A DNA stretch of 64,000 nucleotides from an uncultured delta proteobacterium (GCA_963769935.1 CAVYNY010000013.1:288001-352000), one strand, 5' to 3'; shown: positions 39,507 to 50,178, numbered from the stretch's first letter. A program made the numbers and translations. The notes: generated by a model not told the origin, from the letters alone.

Positions 39507-40391
39507 ATGCTGATGCCTGAACGGGATTGCACGTTTCACGGACCTGAAGGAGATTTTCATTACATTGATTGGGGTGGGACCGGGCCCTCGGCCCATTTTT
39601 CTCATGCAACCGGATTTTGCGCCGGAGCGTACTCGCCGTTGATCAAACTGCTCGGAGCACAGCTTGATATTGTCGGCCTGGATGACCGGGGACACGGAAA
39701 AACCGCGGTTCCGGCAGACCCGGCCGGACTTAAAAACTGGGATGTGTTCGCAAATGATCTGGCAGTTTTTTGCGAGAGCTTAAGCGAGCCGGTGATTGCC
39801 ATAGGGCACTCCCGGGGTGCGACGGTCAGCCTGTTATTGGCAGTCAAAAGACCCGAATTGATCCGGGCCCTGGTGCTGATTGACCCGACCATTCTGCCGT
39901 TTTCATGGATGTGGTGGTGGTATCTGGCTAAAAAAACGGGGAATGCCAAACGGGTACCCATCGCGGCGAGGGCAGCCAGGCGGAGGTACGTCTGGCCGGA
40001 CCGCCGGTCCATTCTGGATTCATATCGGGGCAAAACCGTTTTCCGCAGATGGCAAAAAGGATTTCTGGAGGCCTATATCGAGGCGGGGACCGAAATGACG
40101 GCCGACGGTAAAATCAGGCTTTGCTGTGCCCCGGCCTGGGAATCCCGCTGCTTTGCTGTTTGCCCCCACGACGTATGGCGCTACATCCCCCGCCTGAAGC
40201 AGCCAACCCTTGTCCTTTACGGCGCCAAATCCGATACCTTTCTGGCGCCTGCCGCCAGGCGTTTTGCAGCCAAAGTACCGGCGGCCGTCATGGTGAGCCT
40301 GGAAGAAACCGGTCACTTTGTGCCCATGGAACGCCCCGCTGAGACCGCCGAAACGATCATGACCTTTCTTAAAGAAAAAGCTATTATCTGA
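39507..40391 (+). CDS. Alpha/beta fold hydrolase
   Basis: HATGF, DDRGHG, GHSRG, GHFVPME. Confidence 0.88.
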   Translation: MLMPERDCTFHGPEGDFHYIDWGGTGPSAHFSHATGFCAGAYSPLIKLLGAQLDIVGLDDRGHGKTAVPADPAGLKNWDVFANDLAVFCESLSEPVIAIGHSRGATVSLLLAVKRPELIRALVLIDPTILPFSWMWWWYLAKKTGNAKRVPIAARAARRRYVWPDRRSILDSYRGKTVFRRWQKGFLEAYIEAGTEMTADGKIRLCCAPAWESRCFAVCPHDVWRYIPRLKQPTLVLYGAKSDTFLAPAARRFAAKVPAAVMVSLEETGHFVPMERPAETAETIMTFLKEKAII

Positions 40392-40435
40392 GTAAAAAAT
40401 CCTGACCCAGAGGACTATGTTTTCAATGTTAGAAT
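40389..40435. repeat. 47-bp dispersed repeat, copy 2 (empty site), starting at the hydrolase TGA
   Basis: tgagtaaaaaatcctgacccagaggactatgttttcaatgttagaat. Confidence 0.75.
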
Positions 40436-40613
40436 TATTCAATGCCCTCCGGTCTGGGAATAATTCCCAAATATGGAAATTTTCCCAGGCAAAATAAACC
40501 CTTTCCCCTATAGACAATTTCAGCAAAATTAGAGATAATATTAAAGGTCTATTCACGTTATAGGTGGGATTGTCCAATAACCTTTAACCTGAAAAGGGTC
40601 CTTAATACTTGAA

Positions 40614-40943
40614 ATGGACGACCATTCAGATAAAAGAGCTTCCGAACGCCGCATCTGCAACGCCTTGATGTCATTTTCATTTTTCAACCAAACCCACTGC
40701 TATGAAGCAAAGGCACTGAATTGCAGCGCCGGCGGCATGTGTTTTCAGTCCAACCATTTTTTGCAGCCCGGCGCAACCGTTTGCATTCGCGTGAAAGAAT
40801 TCAAGTCCTTAGGCTTGTTGCAAGATTGCGAGGTCGGTTTGCGCTGCATGAGCCTCGCGGAGGTAAAATGGTGCAATGAAGTGTTTGGTGCCGATTCCGC
40901 CACCTATGGTGTCGGCGTCAAATATCAGCCGCCGGACTATTAG
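40614..40943 (+). CDS. PilZ domain protein
   Basis: KRASERR (RxxxR), NCSAGGM (NxSxxG), AEVKWC, GVGVKY. Confidence 0.8.
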   Translation: MDDHSDKRASERRICNALMSFSFFNQTHCYEAKALNCSAGGMCFQSNHFLQPGATVCIRVKEFKSLGLLQDCEVGLRCMSLAEVKWCNEVFGADSATYGVGVKYQPPDY

Positions 40944-40968
40944 CCGCCGGACAAACGCCGTTAACTTT

Positions 40969-42552
40969 TTATGATTCTTTGGGATCCTTTTCCGTTCTTG
41001 ATGCGGTGGAAGCCTGGTTATTTACCTCTTTTTTTTCAGATTGTACTTCACCCAGGTACTTGGGAAGTTCGAGTCCTGAAAGTTCAGCGATATCGTGCAG
41101 CGGCGGAAGACTCTTTATCAATCCCGACAGGAAATTGGCGGTGGTGTTTCCAGCTTTATCTCCATTTCCCGAATCCCAGACTGTAATCTTGTCTATCTTA
41201 AGGTTTCTTATGGCCTCCACCTGCAGGGTGACCAATTCTTCGATTTTTTCAATCATGAGAAGCGTCGCAGCTGATTTAGCATCACCGTTGCAGCTTTTAA
41301 CAAGTTCGTTATAGCCTGATGCCTTGCTTTCCAAAACTTGCTTGATACCCCGCGCTTCCGCTTCATATCTCATAAGGATTCCATCTGCATTTCCCTTGGC
41401 TTCCCTGCGAATCTTCTCTGCTTCGGCTTCGGCGGCAATTTCCACTTTTCGTTTTTCAATTTCCTGTCTGACTACCTCTTCGGCATTGAGCCGCTGTTGC
41501 TCCGCCAGGTACTGGGCCTTCTGAATTTCAACCTCCGCATTCCGTTTAGCCACTTCCCCCAGCTTCAGGGCATTGGCCTGTTTAATGGCAAGCTCTGCCT
41601 CGGCATCGGCAATATCGGCCTTGGCCTTATTTTCGCCGCCCACGGCTTGGGCCTCTTGTTCCTGAATATAGATGCGCTTATCGGCCTCGGCTTTCTTCTT
41701 GCCTTTCTCAGCCTGGGCCAGATTCTCGGCGACCTTGATCTCTTTTTCTCTTTCTGCTTCGGTTTCGCCGATGGTCGCCATTGTTTCCTGCTGCTGTACA
41801 AAGATACGTCTGTCAGCCTCGGCCTTCTTCTTGCCCTTTTCAGCCTGGGCCAGATTCTCGGCGACCTTGATCTCCTTTTCCCGTCCGGCTTCGGCCTCAC
41901 CGATGGCCCCATGTTTTTCCTGCTCGGCAACATCAATCTTGGCCTGATTGATGGCCTCCGCCGCTGCCTTTTTGCCAATGCTTCCGATGTAATCCGATTC
42001 ATCAGTAATGTCGGTGATGTTCACGTTGATTAAGTAAAGACCGATCTTGTTGAGTTCGGGGGCCACATTTTTGCGGATGGAATCCAAAAAACTTTCACGA
42101 TCCTGATTGATCTGCTCAATTGTCAGGGATGCCACCGTGAGTCTGAGTTGCCCGAAGATAATTTCTTTGGCCATTTCCTCAATATCCTGCTGGCCAAGTT
42201 TCAGAAGCCTTTCCGCAGCGTTGTTCATGACCCCCGGCTCTGTGCTGATACCTACAGTGAACGTACTAGGGACATTGATGCGTATATTCTGCATGGAAAG
42301 AGCCTTCTGCAGCGGGATGTTGATTGTCATCGGTGTCAGATTCATATAGGCATAGTCCTGGATAAGCGGCCAGACCAGGGTACCACCCCCGTGGATACAA
42401 TTTGCGGATTGACCGGTTCCCACTCTTCCGTATATCACCAGGATCTTATCGGAGGGGCATCTTTTGTAGCGCGAAGCCAGAAAGGCAAGAGTCGAAATAA
42501 CCAGAACGACAAATGCGACAATGGGTAAAACCCAGAAACCGAGGTCTTGCAT
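40969..42552 (-). CDS. Flotillin family (SPFH domain) protein with a 44-aa internal duplication
   Basis: RYKRCPSDKILVIYG, IFGQLRLTVA, AEA-rich coiled coil, KIDKITVWD. Confidence 0.92.
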   Translation of the reverse strand: MQDLGFWVLPIVAFVVLVISTLAFLASRYKRCPSDKILVIYGRVGTGQSANCIHGGGTLVWPLIQDYAYMNLTPMTINIPLQKALSMQNIRINVPSTFTVGISTEPGVMNNAAERLLKLGQQDIEEMAKEIIFGQLRLTVASLTIEQINQDRESFLDSIRKNVAPELNKIGLYLINVNITDITDESDYIGSIGKKAAAEAINQAKIDVAEQEKHGAIGEAEAGREKEIKVAENLAQAEKGKKKAEADRRIFVQQQETMATIGETEAEREKEIKVAENLAQAEKGKKKAEADKRIYIQEQEAQAVGGENKAKADIADAEAELAIKQANALKLGEVAKRNAEVEIQKAQYLAEQQRLNAEEVVRQEIEKRKVEIAAEAEAEKIRREAKGNADGILMRYEAEARGIKQVLESKASGYNELVKSCNGDAKSAATLLMIEKIEELVTLQVEAIRNLKIDKITVWDSGNGDKAGNTTANFLSGLIKSLPPLHDIAELSGLELPKYLGEVQSEKKEVNNQASTASRTEKDPKES

Positions 42553-42574
42553 AATACCTCCTTATTTTTTGTGA

Positions 42575-43156
42575 TTAGATTCTTTCAACGACCAGAACGT
42601 TGCCGTCTACCCAAATAACACGAATGGGTGTATCGGTACTTATTTCCTTTTCATCGCTTGACGCTGCCTCGTACTCACGGAGGCTGTTGTTGACACTGAC
42701 CAGCACTCGGCCCGTCCCTTTTTCCGGAATTTTCAGATAAACCCTTCCCTGGGAACCCACCGTACTGTCTATTGAAATAGTCCCACTCGATTGTAATTTC
42801 AGGATTAAAGAGAATAATTTTTTTATGATCCAGACCGAAACCAGTCCTGCGGCAACTGCACCGACGATGGAAATAAAAGTTCCCATCCTGCTCTGCCTGG
42901 ACAGCGCTAAACCGACGAGACCAAACATCATTAGAAAGGAGGTTAGTCCATGCAAGGAGAGAATCTTGAAACCAATATCCGAATCCGCATGGTGAGCGTC
43001 AAAATCATGTCCTCCTGTATCAAAGTCACCGCCGCCATCATGGCCAATCCCGACTAACTGCATAACGAGCCGGATAGAAACAAAGGCGCCTCCAATAATG
43101 GCACAAATCAGAAAAAACATCTCTAATCCATTGAATTGTGCAAATAGGGACTTCAT
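42575..43156 (-). CDS. NfeD-like membrane protein (C-terminal OB fold), flotillin partner
   Basis: TM helices, G+VYLKIP..GTG+V, LVVERI; upstream of flotillin. Confidence 0.8.
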   Translation of the reverse strand: MKSLFAQFNGLEMFFLICAIIGGAFVSIRLVMQLVGIGHDGGGDFDTGGHDFDAHHADSDIGFKILSLHGLTSFLMMFGLVGLALSRQSRMGTFISIVGAVAAGLVSVWIIKKLFSLILKLQSSGTISIDSTVGSQGRVYLKIPEKGTGRVLVSVNNSLREYEAASSDEKEISTDTPIRVIWVDGNVLVVERI

Positions 43157-44097
43157 GAAGCACTCCTTTTTCTGTAAACATCTGTACTAAGGTATTTTAA
43201 ACCGGAATCCACCATCAGCGTAACGATTTTAGCATCCGGATCGAATCGCTCTGCTACCCGAATTGCTGCCACGACATTTGCCCCTGATGAAGTGCCCGCA
43301 AAAAGGCCTTCCTCAAGGGCCAGACGCCTGGTCATGGCCTTCGCGTCCTCCGTCTTAACCGCAATTATTTCATCCACCAGACCGGGATCCCATAGCGGCG
43401 GAGTATAGCCAATCCCGACCCCCTCGATTTTATGGGGTCCGGGTTGACCGCCGGACAATACTGGGGACTCGGCCGGCTCGACCACTATCACCTTAATCTT
43501 GGGGCTGCGACGCCTTAACCCGGTCGCTACACCTCGCGACGAAGCCGCAGTCCCAACACAGTGAACAAATGCATCGATTGCTCCGTCCGTTTGGTTCCAG
43601 ATTTCCTCAGCCAACGGATAGTAGCCCGCAATGCTGTCGAGATTGTTGAGCTGGTCGGTCCAGTATGTGTGAGGTCTTTGACTAAATTCCCTGGCAGCTT
43701 CAATCATATCTAGAATCAACTTTTTTGAAGTGAGGCCGCCCTCGCTCGGTATCAATGTGAGCTCGGCACCAAAAGCCGCCATCTGATTCAGCTTATCCTG
43801 ACTAAAGGCGTCGGAAGTAATGATGTGAAGGCGGTACCCCTTGGCAACACAAATCAGCGCCAGTGATATGCCTGTGCTGCCTCCCGTGTACTCAACAATG
43901 ACATCCCCGGGCCTTAAGCGGCCTTCTTCCTCAGCCCTTGAAACCATAGCCTGTGCCATGCGATCTTTCATGCTGCCGGTCGGATTTTCCCATTCGAGTT
44001 TCGCAAAAACCTGTGCACATCCGGGAGGAACGACATTGCACAGCTGAACTATCGACGTATTTCCAATCGCCCGCAGAATGCTGCGATCAATACTCAT
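43153..44097 (-). CDS. cysK: Cysteine synthase family PLP enzyme
   Basis: IGNT, KLEWENPTGSMKDR, PHKIEGVG, GTSSGAN, DSGLKYLST. Confidence 0.88.
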   Translation of the reverse strand: MSIDRSILRAIGNTSIVQLCNVVPPGCAQVFAKLEWENPTGSMKDRMAQAMVSRAEEEGRLRPGDVIVEYTGGSTGISLALICVAKGYRLHIITSDAFSQDKLNQMAAFGAELTLIPSEGGLTSKKLILDMIEAAREFSQRPHTYWTDQLNNLDSIAGYYPLAEEIWNQTDGAIDAFVHCVGTAASSRGVATGLRRRSPKIKVIVVEPAESPVLSGGQPGPHKIEGVGIGYTPPLWDPGLVDEIIAVKTEDAKAMTRRLALEEGLFAGTSSGANVVAAIRVAERFDPDAKIVTLMVDSGLKYLSTDVYRKRSAS

Positions 44098-44165
44098 GCT
44101 GTCCTTCTCCTTTGCGGTTGAATCCATCTTTTTTTGTAACATCTATCTTGGCACTTAGAGATATA

Positions 44166-44857
44166 ACGTTGCTGACCTGGCTGCTTTATTAACCCGCCCG
44201 TTTTATGGTTTTTGATATGGCCGATGTCGAAACACCTACCCGCCTGGCAACTTCGGCCAACGCAACCCCATGCCCCTTTACCAGTTCAATCGCTATCCGG
44301 CTTCGAACCCCGCTTACCTCCTTGCGGCGGCTGCCCCCCTTTAATTCGTCAAGGGATACTTTTCCATTTTTACATATTTTAGTTATATATTCATTAATTT
44401 TCTGATGACTCCGGCTGACCGGCAATTGAAATTTAATTTTGGCTTCAGCTTCTTTGATGATCCGCTCGACGAATTCACCACGGCCTAATATCCGATCATC
44501 ACTCAATTCACGTTCCCCCGAGCGGCGGTGACGGCGATTATACGAGACAGCATAACCGGTCAGCAGTCGACGCATGAAATCGGAAAGACCCCTTTCAGAG
44601 CTGCGCAAAAGGATGTGCGCATGATTGGTCATAATGGTCCAGGCATAAATGCCGGTTTTAGCATCGACGGCAAGCTTTCCGAGACGCTTTACGAAATTTT
44701 TACGGTCGGCAACATCGTTGACAATCCGCCGTCCTTCGATTCCTCGCACAATCACATGATGCAGGGTCCCCGGGACATCCAATCGAGCTCGTCGCGGCAT
44801 CGCATCCCTCCTCCATGGCGTTTTCTCAATTCACATAGCACAATTAGTCAACAACGT
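44166..44857 (-). mobile_element. Internally deleted RAYT (Y1 HUH) transposase element; ORF 44189..44800
   Basis: MPRRARLD..HHVIVRG, MTNHAHILL (HUH), YNRRHRRSG joined to ERELSDDRILG and a C-terminal HTH; catalytic-Tyr region missing; 11-bp inverted ends. Confidence 0.85.
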
Positions 44858-45213
44858 CCCCTATTTTCCCCCAGAACTTCACGCAAAAGCACCATCAAGC
44901 TCAAGGTTTTGTTGCTGGTTCATCTTTCTTACATTTCCGGTATCCTTTCCCGCAGGCAGTCTTTTATACTCCTGGTGGAGGCTGAGGAATCCGGCCGCAA
45001 GGGATGGCTTCGCGAGAGGGCCGGTCAAGCGGATTTCAGATGGGCGGTCGGAGTGGAAGCTTCGTCCCGTAAGTTTTGGGTGGTGTCTTAGGGCTATTGA
45101 CGGAAATGGTAACGACCTGAGTAGCCGGCAGAATTTGGAGCGCAGCGAAAAACCGGTCTGAACCGGCGCATTTGTCGGTGGATGAATGACCATGCGGCTA
45201 TCTGCAGGGTCAT

Positions 45214-46764
45214 TTATTTTGAATCTATTTTCTCTATTTCATTAACTGCGTCATAATAGTCGGAGTAGAAAGGGGACTCGAACTGGCACTCAGGATTGTC
45301 AGTCAGCTCTTTCGCCAGGACATCCAGGTAGTATTTCAATTGCTCGCCATAGGCATGATAGTCCATCTCCGCCGATAACTTCGCTTTTTCCCGCCTTTGA
45401 CTATCGTTGGTAATCATAAACAGGGCGTCACAGAAATACTTTTTAACCAGCATGTTGCTTTGGGCATCCATCTGGTGAGTTTGCTCATGTATATCCAGCC
45501 CGTTGAGATACCACTCGCACAGCGGTCGAGGAGTGCAGTCATTGCAGAACTCGGGCAGGATGATTTCACCGCTTTGAAAGTCATAGCCTCCGCTTTCCTC
45601 CTTATATTTTTTCCGCCAGTCCTTATCCGGGTACATTCTGGTCATCTCGCGAATAACCAGTTCCATGAGATCATCTTCATCTTTCGCGCGGTCGGCCATT
45701 GCTTTAAAGGTATTTCTCAACCTGATAAGAGCCTTCATGTCGGCCAGCAGGGATTCCATCTGTTTGCATCTGTCCTTTTCAGCATAGCTTCTTGGATCGC
45801 AAAGGCTCATTCTCAATTCAATTGCTGAACCAATATCGCAGCGCGGGGAACCGCTGGACTTGCGCCCTACGTCTTTCGAAGCATAAAATTCGTCGATCTT
45901 CTGCAGATCCCTCTCAAAGTAGGGTTTGGGTATTTCAAATTTGGTTCCATAGCAGCCGAGGGCCCTTCCTGCACGATTATCCGCTGACCTGAAATAAATG
46001 CTCGGCGATTCGACTTCGATGCTCATGTCGTTCCCTTCCGAGCTTCCCTTAATAACCCAAGCATGGATATTAGGATAAGCATCCTCATCGTTGGCATCAT
46101 AGCCGGTATATTCTTCCCACCCTGTGCAGTCCCTCGGTATATACGAAGTGAAGGCCACACACTGTTTGCCGGTCTCAATTATCTTTCCAATGCCTGTGGA
46201 TAGGGAGTGAATGGCATAATCTTTCTGATCCATAAACCGTCCTGTTTTGGGATCATAGTACTCGGTGACAATCAGATATCCGACAAACTTCTCTTCGACC
46301 TTGTAATTCAAGTCAACCCACGCCCAGCCCCGCTCCGACAACTCTGAATCTTTGCCGCTGACAACGATGCTCCCGCTGGACCTCGAAGCATAAGAAAGGG
46401 GAACGAGCGGTTTTGTTTCATCTCTCAGCTGGTGAATCGATTTGGCGGCCTCACGGTAGTTGCGGTTGATTGCTTCAATCCTATGGTCGACTTCTTCTTC
46501 AGGGGTCTTGCTTGGAATCTCAGGCAAGCCGAGGCCCACCTTCGGAAGCTGGCTGAGCATTTGAGTCGTAAGTTCCGTCAACTCTTGCTGGATCTCGGCC
46601 AATTCGGCTGGATCGCTGGTCTCTCCAGCTTTCCTGGCCAGTTCCTCCATCTTCTTCTGCATGGCCTCAAAATCATCTTCACCTGAGGCGAAAGAAGCGC
46701 CGGTGAGACAAAATAGCAGCGCAAGAAAAACCAGGAATAGGTGAGGGAAATTTGATGCCTTCAT
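45214..46764 (-). CDS. Secreted hypothetical protein with C-terminal HExxH motif
   Basis: Signal peptide MKASNF...GASFA; IHEQTHQ and downstream AEMDYHAY; many Cys. Confidence 0.7.
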   Translation of the reverse strand: MKASNFPHLFLVFLALLFCLTGASFASGEDDFEAMQKKMEELARKAGETSDPAELAEIQQELTELTTQMLSQLPKVGLGLPEIPSKTPEEEVDHRIEAINRNYREAAKSIHQLRDETKPLVPLSYASRSSGSIVVSGKDSELSERGWAWVDLNYKVEEKFVGYLIVTEYYDPKTGRFMDQKDYAIHSLSTGIGKIIETGKQCVAFTSYIPRDCTGWEEYTGYDANDEDAYPNIHAWVIKGSSEGNDMSIEVESPSIYFRSADNRAGRALGCYGTKFEIPKPYFERDLQKIDEFYASKDVGRKSSGSPRCDIGSAIELRMSLCDPRSYAEKDRCKQMESLLADMKALIRLRNTFKAMADRAKDEDDLMELVIREMTRMYPDKDWRKKYKEESGGYDFQSGEIILPEFCNDCTPRPLCEWYLNGLDIHEQTHQMDAQSNMLVKKYFCDALFMITNDSQRREKAKLSAEMDYHAYGEQLKYYLDVLAKELTDNPECQFESPFYSDYYDAVNEIEKIDSK

Positions 46765-47005
46765 CCTATGAGCAAAACCTTTGCTGCATGAATGTCCGTC
46801 TCAAAGATAGAATTCTCCGGGAGCCTGTCCGGCAACCTAAGATCCCTCGCTCCCGCGGGGGGAAACGGCTGGGTGAGGGGGCGTATGTGATGTGATCGTT
46901 GTGATGCGAACTCTTTTCGTGTAAAAAAATATAGGCTACTGATCGCTGTGTGTCAAGGACGAATTCAGCCACGGTATTGTGGGGCGCTCGTTTTCGATCC
47001 CTTGC

Positions 47006-47080
47006 CTATCTTCGATCCATAATTGCCAGGCGAAGTCCCAAGACAATTAGCACTCCTCCGGTGAACCAACGAATTTTGTC
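47006..47080 (-). pseudogene. C-terminal remnant of a LysE/RhtB exporter
   Basis: DKIRWFTGGVLIVLGLRLAIMDRR*. Confidence 0.55.
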
Positions 47081-47649
47081 TGCAAAATCAAGTGAATCTT
47101 GATCTTCCTGCGAATGCAGCACCGCACTTCAGTCTTCGCACAATCAGCAAGTCGTTTCATGAATATGCGGGTTCTGTATCCTGAGGCCGATGGGACCATC
47201 GCCGGGGCGAACCTCAGCTCATTGAGACACGACGTTTGAAATCGTTGCATTCGTTTTTCGTCAGCTCATTGATCTGCCGGAGAAGGCAATTCCTGCGTAA
47301 GTTGCCGGGCAAGCCAGCCAGAAACTATAAAAAATTTTTATAATTTTTTTTATTAATACTGATAATTTCATACCTTTTTTAAAAAGTCATAAATAAAGTA
47401 ACGGCTTGATAATATAAAACATATGATATAGTTTTTGCTTATGGGGTATGTTTTTTGCATTCAGATTTATAGCGGCAAAGAAATTTCTCATTTACATGCG
47501 GAACGGGTATAGCGGATCTCACGGAAAATGCAAAAAACAAATTTAAAGACAAGCAAACCTGCCGAAATCGAGTTGAATCCACCCCAACTTCACCGGGTTC
47601 CTGGGAACAGATAATTTAACATGAGCCTGCACGCGAGAACAGCCAATTC

Positions 47650-47722
47650 TTTGCGTTATAATCCACGAATAGTGGAATGTTTCAGGACTCCGGCGGGCAT
47701 CCAATCGAGCTCGACGCGGCAT
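47650..47722 (-). pseudogene. Second, heavily decayed RAYT 5' remnant
   Basis: catccaatcgagctcgacgcggcat matches 44776-44800 at 24/25 nt; MPRRARLDA. Confidence 0.7.
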
Positions 47723-47859
47723 TGTATCCTTCCTGCTACGGAGCGAATGCGGCTGCCTCACGTCGCCTCAAGCGGGCTCAGACGGCGGGAGCGGCCACCG
47801 GGCTTTCTGCATATTCTCCGATCCGGATCATGCGGAACCGAAAGTCGGCGTCGTATTTT

Positions 47860-48006
47860 TAAGGTTAGAGCGATGACGAGGAGGAGCAGTCCCCGACCGT
47901 ACCAGCGGTCCTCGGAGAACCAGTAAGGCTTGATCAGCGCCCACAACCTGGTCAGATAGCCGAGTTGTCGCAAGGCATACTGAAGGGACGGGACATCCGT
48001 ACGCAC
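47860..48006 (-). pseudogene. N-terminal remnant of a YddA/SbmA-BacA-like ABC transporter
   Basis: RLWALIKPYWFSEDRWYGRGLLLLVIALTL, then similarity is lost. Confidence 0.7.
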
Positions 48007-48080
48007 TTTTCATGGAATTCACCCCTGATTTCGAATTGCGCAAGATGGCGAGAGTTGAATGGCTCGAATTCTGAGCCCTG

Positions 48081-48659
48081 TCATTGCTCCACCTTTTTTT
48101 TCAGAATCTCCAGCATCTGCTCGGGCGTACTCCTTTCCAGGATGGCCCTGAACTGACTGCGATAATTCAGGACAAGACTCACATGTTCGACGACAACGTC
48201 ATATGCTTTCCAGATGCCGTCGACGCGGATCATCTCGTAGTTGATGGGGGTTTCAGCCGAAGGGGTGATGATTTTCGTCAGAACCTCGGCTCTCGTGTTC
48301 GAAAACACGATTTGCCGGATATAAACAATTTTCTGGTTGTTATAAGCAAGGACTTTGTCCATATAATCGCGTTCCAGCAGGCGTCCATAGAGACGAATGA
48401 ATTCCTGCTGCTGGGTGGGATTCAATTCCCTCCAGCTCGCTCCCAGGCTCTGCCGGGCGAGTTCTTCGGTATCGAACATCTGCTGATAGTAGTACCGGAG
48501 CTTCTCTCTTTTGGCATCGGTGCCGAGATTTTGATCGCGCACCACAGCCAGAACCCGGCCAACGTCGGTCTTAACCGTGGCGAGCGGATCCGCTGCGTAA
48601 ACGCAAAACGTGGTAAAAATAACCACCGGAATAATCAAACCCGAATAATATTTTATCAT
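48081..48659 (-). CDS. mlaC: MlaC/Ttg2D family periplasmic lipid-binding protein
   Basis: LARQSLG..W, WKAYDVVVEHVSLVLNYRSQF. Confidence 0.88.
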   Translation of the reverse strand: MIKYYSGLIIPVVIFTTFCVYAADPLATVKTDVGRVLAVVRDQNLGTDAKREKLRYYYQQMFDTEELARQSLGASWRELNPTQQQEFIRLYGRLLERDYMDKVLAYNNQKIVYIRQIVFSNTRAEVLTKIITPSAETPINYEMIRVDGIWKAYDVVVEHVSLVLNYRSQFRAILERSTPEQMLEILKKKVEQ

Positions 48660-48817
48660 ATCTCATCTTTCTGATCGGGCTGCGCGGCAACTTTCCCCGA
48701 TCGATCATCTCGGTTGATCGCGTCGATCAACACGGGTGCGGCCAATTTAAAAAAGGCCGCACCGGATTGTACCGTTGACATCCTCAAAAACGCCATGGTG
48801 TCTATTTCAAACCTTGG

Positions 48818-49447
48818 TCAAAACCGGCAGCTCAACTGGCCGCTGATGATATTGACGCTGGCGTCGTAATCTCCCTTGAGGGCGCCGCAGGTGTAATCTT
48901 CGGATTCCAGCCCGGATTTGTTGATCTTGGAATCATTCACAAAAAAGTGGGCGTGCGCCAGATCTAAACCGAAGTTCCTGGAGAAACTCCAAGTCAGACC
49001 TAGGCTGGTCCAAAACCGGTTGGCATCCGGAATGCGCGGGGTTCGGAGCCTCGAGTTGGGGACCGGCGTGAATACGGGGTGTGATTTCCTGGCAGTATAG
49101 AAATTGGGCCCAACGCCCGCTTTGCCGGCGTCGCCGCCGTCGCCACCGGTCAGAGGTGCACCGCCGGGCAGCGGCGAGGTCGTGGATCCCCGGTTGTCGA
49201 ATTTGGCTGAGGGAATCACGACGTTTGCGCCCAGTTCGAACTGGCTGCCGGGCAGTTGCGTGATGCCGGCAGGGTTGTAAAAAATTGTGCCGGCATCTTC
49301 CGCCGAAGACTCCGCCCCGGCATAGGCGTTGCCGAGGCTTTTGACGCTTTGCTCATACAAAAAAAAGCCGCCTCCCACCGCAGGACCGGCATTCAGCCAA
49401 ACCAGGCCCAGCAGCACCCCCACCCATACGCATACGGATCGTTTCAT
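48818..49447 (-). pseudogene. fadL: FadL/OmpP1 outer-membrane transporter with a large in-frame internal deletion
   Basis: GFFLYEQS..LGNAYAG, IFYNPAG, PNFY then TPVP..RTPRIPDANRFW..C-terminal F; about 209 aa only. Confidence 0.8.
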
Positions 49448-50178
49448 GTTTACCTCCCCCGAAAGTAAAGATAAAAGATAAGAAGCTGCCCTTTTAAAGC
49501 GGATGGATCGAACGATATATTTTCGGCCTGAAATTACTTTTTTACAGTCACTTGGATGGATTGAATGCCTCGGGCGCCATCGGGAAAGGTTCTGCCGAAC
49601 ACCCCGGCCCAGAAGCGAAGCCGATTCCTGCACCTTTCCGGAACGGTCGTAGGCGCGCACCCGAATTGAAAAATCCCCTTACCGAGTTGGTGTCCAGTCG
49701 TATCGCCACAACGTCCAGGCCCATCTGGAGAGGGACTTTTTGAAGCCATTTTTTATTTGGCGAACTAATAGACTTAATTTTGGCAGCCGTAAATAGGGTG
49801 CATGCTGTATTTTGCGGCTGATGAGGATGTATTTGGGGGGGGGCGTAGCAGAGCTTTCCGTGGGGCGTCAGCTTTCCGGATTTCATCGACAGTGTTGTGC
49901 CAATGGTTCCGTTCGCCGGAAGTTCGGTCTGGACGGCTGGAGAAATATAGGATGTCCCCTATTTCATATGGCTTTGTGCGAACTTTGAATTGAGAAATAG
50001 AAAATACTCTGCTTCACTTAAGCTGGGAGAAGTAATCTAATTCATTAATTTTGAATTAGTTAACCTGGTCCGACAAGCATTCACTACTTAACAAAACTCA
50101 GATAGACACGGCGACTCTTAATCGCTATCAATATTTGAAACCCGACTTCCCATGGCAAAATTAGTCAGCTCAGTACTT

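Noticed and set aside
47443..47460. Sigma-54-like GG-N10-GC box
   Set aside because: Weak -24 match and no credible downstream gene
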